Below, in pieces: positions 57,845 to 62,740 of a DNA stretch of 62,740 nucleotides. The position numbers and the translations under genes are program-made. Source of the DNA: an uncultured virus (IMG/VR IMGVR_UViG_3300021365_002389) (taxonomy: Duplodnaviria > Heunggongvirae > Uroviricota > Caudoviricetes); the IMG/VR virus record IMGVR_UViG_3300021365_002389, positions 62,001 through 124,740 of that record, one strand, 5' to 3'. Positions within the stretch are counted from its first letter, which is position 1, and each line of letters opens with the position of its first letter. Below the pieces are notes generated by a model. It made no database searches and had not been told where the DNA came from. It saw nothing but the letters and a program-made list of their open reading frames with translations.

Positions 57845-58519
57845 TCAGCTATCTAGGTGATTTCTTAAATCTTTCTCAGTAATGAGCGTGTAGGTAAATC
57901 CGTTGCCATAAATCTTTGCTGATTCTTTGCAGAGTTCCATAAAATTATTATAATCTTCAATCTTTTTGAAGACCTGGCAGCCTGCGCTCCATTTATTAAT
58001 TACATAAGACTGATCGTAGGGATTACTGCGATGGATGTTGATACCAAAGTACCCCTCATCAACTATCGTGTTTATATTATTATAATCTATGATCTCGTCT
58101 TTGTTATTGTCTCGATAAACTTTAACAGGCTTGCGCTGAACTAGTGCTTCATACTTGCCCTGGTGCTTTCCTAGTTGCCAAGTCCCTCGATATTGTCCGG
58201 GCACGAGCACCGCTGTTCCCTTGGGATTGATCGGTTTTTCAAGCCAGTGCTTCCCTGGGTCAGTTGTTACTTGATATCGGGTGCTAATCATTAATTCTTC
58301 TTCACGATACATTACCAGCAAGAAATCATCAAAAGTGTTTGTGCCTTGATTGTCTCGACGCACACCTATCAGATTTAGGTTTAGTAACTTGTCAGGAGTG
58401 TCAAAGAATTTATAATCTTTTGCTGCAAAATATGATTTTATATTCTTAGGATTCAGAATCTCTATCAGAGCTTTTGGTGTCACTGGGAGTGTTTCCTTCT
58501 TCTGAGGTAGGTTCTTCAT
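57845..58519 (-). CDS. L,D-transpeptidase (YkuD)-like peptidoglycan enzyme, candidate endolysin
   Basis: LIGVR..N.FDD, TTDPG, PGQY, GINIHR...WSAGCQV; start uncertain. Confidence 0.6.
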   Translation of the reverse strand: MKNLPQKKETLPVTPKALIEILNPKNIKSYFAAKDYKFFDTPDKLLNLNLIGVRRDNQGTNTFDDFLLVMYREEELMISTRYQVTTDPGKHWLEKPINPKGTAVLVPGQYRGTWQLGKHQGKYEALVQRKPVKVYRDNNKDEIIDYNNINTIVDEGYFGINIHRSNPYDQSYVINKWSAGCQVFKKIEDYNNFMELCKESAKIYGNGFTYTLITEKDLRNHLDS

Positions 58520-58823
58520 GAGATTTGCTACTAGATTTAATAAGTGAGTTAACAAGATCCTGCACCTCTTTATCATTATTTCTCATCCGGTAAACTAGTT
58601 TACTACCATCCTCTGTAAACTTTAAGTCAGCCACGTCTGTCTTATAATACATTAACATTGTTAAATAGGCTTGAAGATTGAAATCAGGTTCTGTGTTTAC
58701 TTTATTTCTTATCCACTGCATAACTCGTGCAGCGAAAAAGGCCTTCTCAGCATGAACTAAGTTGTCCTCGCCGTCTTTGATGTAGCCTTCTTGTTCTAAA
58801 AGCTTAAGGACGTCAAACGTCAC
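58446..58823 (-). CDS. Hypothetical protein
   Basis: 125 aa, GTGA overlap with the upstream gene. Confidence 0.65.
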   Translation of the reverse strand: MTFDVLKLLEQEGYIKDGEDNLVHAEKAFFAARVMQWIRNKVNTEPDFNLQAYLTMLMYYKTDVADLKFTEDGSKLVYRMRNNDKEVQDLVNSLIKSSSKSHEEPTSEEGNTPSDTKSSDRDSES

Positions 58824-59752
58824 TGTTCCGCCTTTCTGTCCCTCATTTGTTGGATGCGTTCGGCAGACTCTCGGTCGCCACGAAAGCCACCGGCTCCGCC
58901 AGGCTCTAATGTCTGGACACCTCGACGCTCAAGTTCTCCTTCAATCCATGACTGTCCAAACTTGTTTTCAACCGGGGCGGCTACGAAGTCGTTCATAGCC
59001 TTGACTGCTGATTCAGGAGGAGCGCCTGGCGCATCGTTCATGACGATAGTGAAGTCGTTACCAAAAAGTTGAGCGTAGGCTTTCAGGTTGTTCTGCACCT
59101 GATTCCAAAGGTCTGTAATAGTTTTCTCTGGGAGAACTCGGTCTCTGCCGGCATTGCGCTGTTGGGCGACTTCTTCGGAAGTATTTACAAATACCATAGC
59201 AGTATCGTATCCTAACTTCTCCATCTTTTCTTTTTGTCTCGCAATTTTCTCATACTCTCGCCCAGTTCCATCAACAAGAACTCCAAGACGACCACTCTCG
59301 TAAAAGGCACGCTGGGCTGCAAGCTGTCCTTTGGCTATGTTGCGAATAGATTCTGGGTCTTCCCCCTGAATGATATCCCACAACTCGTCGCTGGGCAATG
59401 ATTCTATGTCGGCTAGGTCTTTAGGATTGATGCCCATTTTCAGAAGCCCCTTTTCAAAGAGGTTATCAGAGTTGACATACTTAATGCCGGCTGGAAGGTA
59501 TGAGGTGTGCTCCTCAAAATACTTCTGGTAGGGTTTTTCAAGGGAGCGAGCGCCCATCAACATATCAGCCACGAAAGATTTTCCGCTGCCTGGTCCACCA
59601 GCCGTAAAGATTGCCTTGAGGATGCCGGGATCAAAAACCCCTTCCTTTAACACTTTGGGGCTTTCCAGTAGCCACTGATGTTTTTCTGTCCAATAAACAG
59701 AAACGACCTCAGTAATTAACTTACGGAGGTCGTTTGCGTTAAGAGAGTTCAT
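58820..59752 (-). CDS. P-loop kinase (zeta-toxin/PNK-like) with leader
   Basis: AGGPGSGKS, VNSD, DGTG, RNAGRDR; LRKLITE...LLE..VLKE leader. Confidence 0.75.
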   Translation of the reverse strand: MNSLNANDLRKLITEVVSVYWTEKHQWLLESPKVLKEGVFDPGILKAIFTAGGPGSGKSFVADMLMGARSLEKPYQKYFEEHTSYLPAGIKYVNSDNLFEKGLLKMGINPKDLADIESLPSDELWDIIQGEDPESIRNIAKGQLAAQRAFYESGRLGVLVDGTGREYEKIARQKEKMEKLGYDTAMVFVNTSEEVAQQRNAGRDRVLPEKTITDLWNQVQNNLKAYAQLFGNDFTIVMNDAPGAPPESAVKAMNDFVAAPVENKFGQSWIEGELERRGVQTLEPGGAGGFRGDRESAERIQQMRDRKAEQ

Positions 59753-59768
59753 TCTGTCTCCAGAAAGA

Positions 59769-60356
59769 TTATTTGCGGCTTAAAAGTCGTTCAACCACTC
59801 TTCGAAGAACTGCTTCGGTGAGGGCCTCGTCGTCGATTACTTCAAGGTCAAGCTCTTCTTTCTTTACCTTTTTATCATCTTCGTCGTCATCATCACGCAT
59901 GGCTTTTTCATCCTTGTCGCCACGCATAGCTGTCTTACCACGCATTCCTTCTTCAACTTCGTCTGCTCTATTGGCAGGATCTTCGTCCCTCATCGCCATC
60001 GAGGGGTCTGCGCCACGCATAGCCACGTCATCATCGTCGGCAGCCATGTCCATTTCTTCGCCACCAGCGTCAGCACCAGCTTCGCCTTCGACTTCAATGT
60101 CAACACCAGTTTCTTGCGAGATAGCGTCTACGACAGCGTTAACAATTTTTTCCACTGCGTCTTGTTCTGCGGCAGGTGCTTCAGCAGCGTCATCCGCAGG
60201 TGCAGCGTCCATGCTCATTTCCATTTCCTCTTCACCTTCTTCTTCCTCTAGCTCTTCAGCAGTATCAAGAAAGTTTTCAGTCAAGGCAGGCATATTTGCC
60301 AGTTTGCCCCAACGACGGATAACGCTTTCGTTTACAAGGGTTTTCTTTTTAGTCAT
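59769..60356 (-). CDS. Very acidic low-complexity protein, possible prohead core/scaffold
   Basis: Start MTKKK behind AAGGAG; LVNE, LTE motifs; five (A/G)MR repeats. Confidence 0.65.
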   Translation of the reverse strand: MTKKKTLVNESVIRRWGKLANMPALTENFLDTAEELEEEEGEEEMEMSMDAAPADDAAEAPAAEQDAVEKIVNAVVDAISQETGVDIEVEGEAGADAGGEEMDMAADDDDVAMRGADPSMAMRDEDPANRADEVEEGMRGKTAMRGDKDEKAMRDDDDEDDKKVKKEELDLEVIDDEALTEAVLRRVVERLLSRK

Positions 60357-60426
60357 TATAATGATCTCCTTAAGGGGGTGATTGTTTACAATCATCTTTA
60401 AATAGTTTATCAATAAGTAAAAAACC

Positions 60427-60750
60427 CTATTCTTCTTGAAAAACTCCTGCTGTTTTTAGTTTCTTGAAAGCAGCGTGCTCAATTTGGCTGATTCTGGGGA
60501 AGCTCACATTCATTCTTTCTGCCACTTCTCGTAAGCTTAAGCCATTGTCGTGCTTCCTGGCGCAAACGACAGCACAGTTTAAATCACTAGAGTAATCCAT
60601 CCAGTTCCTACACTTGTCTTGATCGCACTCCAGTTGCCACTTCTCGTGGACTTCGAAACAAGTTGGGTTCTCATTGTACTGAGTCTCAAATTCAGTTGGC
60701 TCACGATCAATGTCTGCTTGCTGATCTGCTGATGATTTACGATAAAACAT
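60427..60750 (-). CDS. Stand-alone sigma70 region 4-like HTH with Cys-rich N-terminus
   Basis: LSLREVAERMNVSFPRISQIEHAAFKKLK; 5 Cys upstream. Confidence 0.75.
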   Translation of the reverse strand: MFYRKSSADQQADIDREPTEFETQYNENPTCFEVHEKWQLECDQDKCRNWMDYSSDLNCAVVCARKHDNGLSLREVAERMNVSFPRISQIEHAAFKKLKTAGVFQEE

Positions 60751-61790
60751 TATTTTTGTTTCCCTTCTTGAGAAAAAATATGAGTGCTACTTTCATGGGT
60801 TCCGGCAGAAGTTTGCCTCGCCCACTCCGCCTTGTGTTGTAGTTCTGATAAATTCCGAGCGCCGCTGTAAGAAAATCCAGACTTGATACCTCCGCTCAGG
60901 TCTGTCAAAATATCTAAGACGCTACCCTTGAATGGGATATAAGACGCCACGCCTTCTGGGGTGGATGATTTGCTGCGCCAGTCCAGTTGGGCGTCTTTGG
61001 AGGCCATCCCTCTATATTCTTTTACTCGGTTATTGTCAGGCAGGTGAATTACTTTTCCTGGACTTTCGGTGGTGCCTGCTAATAAAGAGCCGCACATTAC
61101 AAAATCTGCGCCGGCTGCTAAAGCTTTAACAATATCTCCCGAGGTTTTGATGCCGCCGTCTGCGATGATCGAGACTTGGCGGTCTGTTCTTGCGCAGTCG
61201 AAGATCGTTTGGAGGCCGGGTAAACCGTGGCCTGTGACAGTCCTAGTAGAACAAATGGAGCCGCCACCAATGTTACACCGTACAGCGTCAGCCCCCCAAT
61301 CAGCAACATCGTTAATACCCTCCAGCGTGCAGACGTTTCCTGCGATGATGTAAATATGATTATCATATTCGTTTCGCAATTGCTCAAGAGCTTTTTTTAC
61401 TAAAATATGATGACCATGAGCCACATCAATGCACAAAACATCAACACCTGCTGCGATCAAAGCCTCGGAACGCTCGATGAAATCGCCCGTCACACCAACG
61501 GCAGCGGCCACCTGTCCCGACCAGTTTGACACTTGTGTGACTTTTTCTGCCATGCTTACTTGTTCTTGAATAGTATTATATCTATGAAGAACAGCCATGC
61601 CTCCGGCACGATACATGGCGATTGCCATTTCATGCTCCGACACAGTGTCCATCGGGGAAGCGATAATCGGCATCTTGAGATGCCTGTGTCCCATCCTATT
61701 GCCGATCTCAACTTCACTTCTGCTCGTAATATCACTGTACTGAGGCACTAGTAACATATCATCGTAGGTGATAGCCTCTTTAAACTTCAT
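60750..61790 (-). CDS. guaB: IMP dehydrogenase/GMP reductase family, without CBS domains
   Basis: TYDD.LLVP, SPMDTV, DVAHGH, GGSICSTR, IADGG, YRGMAS, PEG. Confidence 0.85.
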   Translation of the reverse strand: MKFKEAITYDDMLLVPQYSDITSRSEVEIGNRMGHRHLKMPIIASPMDTVSEHEMAIAMYRAGGMAVLHRYNTIQEQVSMAEKVTQVSNWSGQVAAAVGVTGDFIERSEALIAAGVDVLCIDVAHGHHILVKKALEQLRNEYDNHIYIIAGNVCTLEGINDVADWGADAVRCNIGGGSICSTRTVTGHGLPGLQTIFDCARTDRQVSIIADGGIKTSGDIVKALAAGADFVMCGSLLAGTTESPGKVIHLPDNNRVKEYRGMASKDAQLDWRSKSSTPEGVASYIPFKGSVLDILTDLSGGIKSGFSYSGARNLSELQHKAEWARQTSAGTHESSTHIFSQEGKQK

Positions 61791-62058
61791 TTTGTTCCTC
61801 CGCCAACTTATTGGCTAATTTCTGACACTCTGGGCAAAAAAGTCTCACTTGCTGTTTTTCTGTCCTCACCACGACCTTCCAGGTTGTGTGTGCCTGGCGG
61901 GTCTTAGGGAACTCTTTTTTGCAAGCCGAACAAGAATCAGGCAACCTATCAAACATGTTCATCTGTTTAGCTAGATGTCGCTGCTGCTCTTCGGAAACCT
62001 TTTTATCTTTCTTTTTCTTTTTGGCTCGCTTAAGTTTCTTTAAATGCTTCTTACTCAT
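61780..62058 (-). CDS. Small basic zinc-finger-like protein
   Basis: CSAC...CPEC; Lys-rich N-terminus; start MSKKH. Confidence 0.65.
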   Translation of the reverse strand: MSKKHLKKLKRAKKKKKDKKVSEEQQRHLAKQMNMFDRLPDSCSACKKEFPKTRQAHTTWKVVVRTEKQQVRLFCPECQKLANKLAEEQNEV

Positions 62059-62214
62059 CACCAAGCATTTCTTTCTCACACTCGGCTGTGGTCTCGCCGC
62101 TTTCCCAATAGACAGTCCACCATCGCTCACCCTTTCTAAAAAACTGGCCTAACAAACGACCCGTCTCATTGGTCTTGGTGTTCATCACAGTGGTGCTGGG
62201 GTTCCATTCAGTTG

Positions 62215-62740
62215 TCATCTTTTTTCTCCTTCAACTACTTCAAATGGTTCAGTACGATAATCATATACCCATTGTGGGATTTTGTCAACTGGGTAGCGCA
62301 AACGTGGTTTAGAAGCATAGAACCTGCGGTAAGATACTACAGGATTGTCTGATCGAAACTCGTCAGGCATGGCCAGGCGGAGCGGGGTACACTCCATGGA
62401 TGGAAACAAGCCAGGGTCAAACAACTCAATAAGAGTCTTGAGAACCGCTTGGCACTTGTGAGTCTTGTTGAAGCGATGCTCGTACTCATCAATCATAGCC
62501 TGGCAGTGCAAAGCAAGATTCATATAGTTACTTGCCGACTCAGCAGCCCATAGGCACGATGGGTGCTTGGGATTGAACGAACGGTAGGGAGCTTTGAGCC
62601 CCTGCTCGTTGATAACTGTTGACATGATCTGACAAGACTCTAGGATCATCTTGACGACCCGCAAGTTGTCTTGAGACTGTGCTGACTTCTCCCAGTCAAT
62701 CTGTCCTGTCTCTTCATCGCCTTCGATAGCAAAAATATTC
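62215..62740 (-). CDS. Pyrimidine-dimer DNA glycosylase-like protein (start just beyond window)
   Basis: Frame open to the window edge (NIFAI...); VVKMILESCQ, HPS..WA..S..NY, EY..RF.K.H, AMPD..., SYR.FY. Confidence 0.75.
   Translation of the reverse strand, partial: NIFAIEGDEETGQIDWEKSAQSQDNLRVVKMILESCQIMSTVINEQGLKAPYRSFNPKHPSCLWAAESASNYMNLALHCQAMIDEYEHRFNKTHKCQAVLKTLIELFDPGLFPSMECTPLRLAMPDEFRSDNPVVSYRRFYASKPRLRYPVDKIPQWVYDYRTEPFEVVEGEKR

Overview
This window looks like a 62.7-kb piece of a large (jumbo/huge-type) tailed dsDNA phage genome, not a cellular chromosome. It is gene-dense, reads in the standard genetic code and is almost entirely on the minus strand, apart from one 3-gene plus-strand island at 10275-12291. 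No capsid, terminase or polymerase gene lies in the window, so the phage call is an inference from gene content and layout. RNA genes: a tmRNA (tag ANDDFQLAQAA) and four tRNAs wrapped around a short tilS. Host-like genes: PIN-PhoH, GT4 glycosyltransferases, MTA/SAH nucleosidase, APRT, NifU, HAD-type phosphomannomutase, cysteine synthase, YeaH-SpoVR-PrkA, a MoxR-AAA/vWA pair, FKBP PPIase, ClpP, glutaredoxin, GroEL, a Dam-like methylase and an IMPDH/GMP reductase. The most interesting unannotated structure is: (1) a shared leader motif resembling a capsid-targeting/prohead-protease signal on about 10 proteins, including a cassette with two ADP-ribosyltransferase-like ORFs; (2) two promoter classes readable from the sequence (AAAACTTGACN-16-TAnnnT with a GGAGAGAG-type RBS, and CTAHTTA); (3) about 14 mini-proteins with a 'GDLV' SH3/KOW-like start; (4) a PilX-like pilin and a MopE-repeat/vWA lipoprotein that hint at a piliated, possibly myxobacterial-type host; (5) several structured non-coding segments. 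All family calls come from motif recognition by eye, with no database searches.
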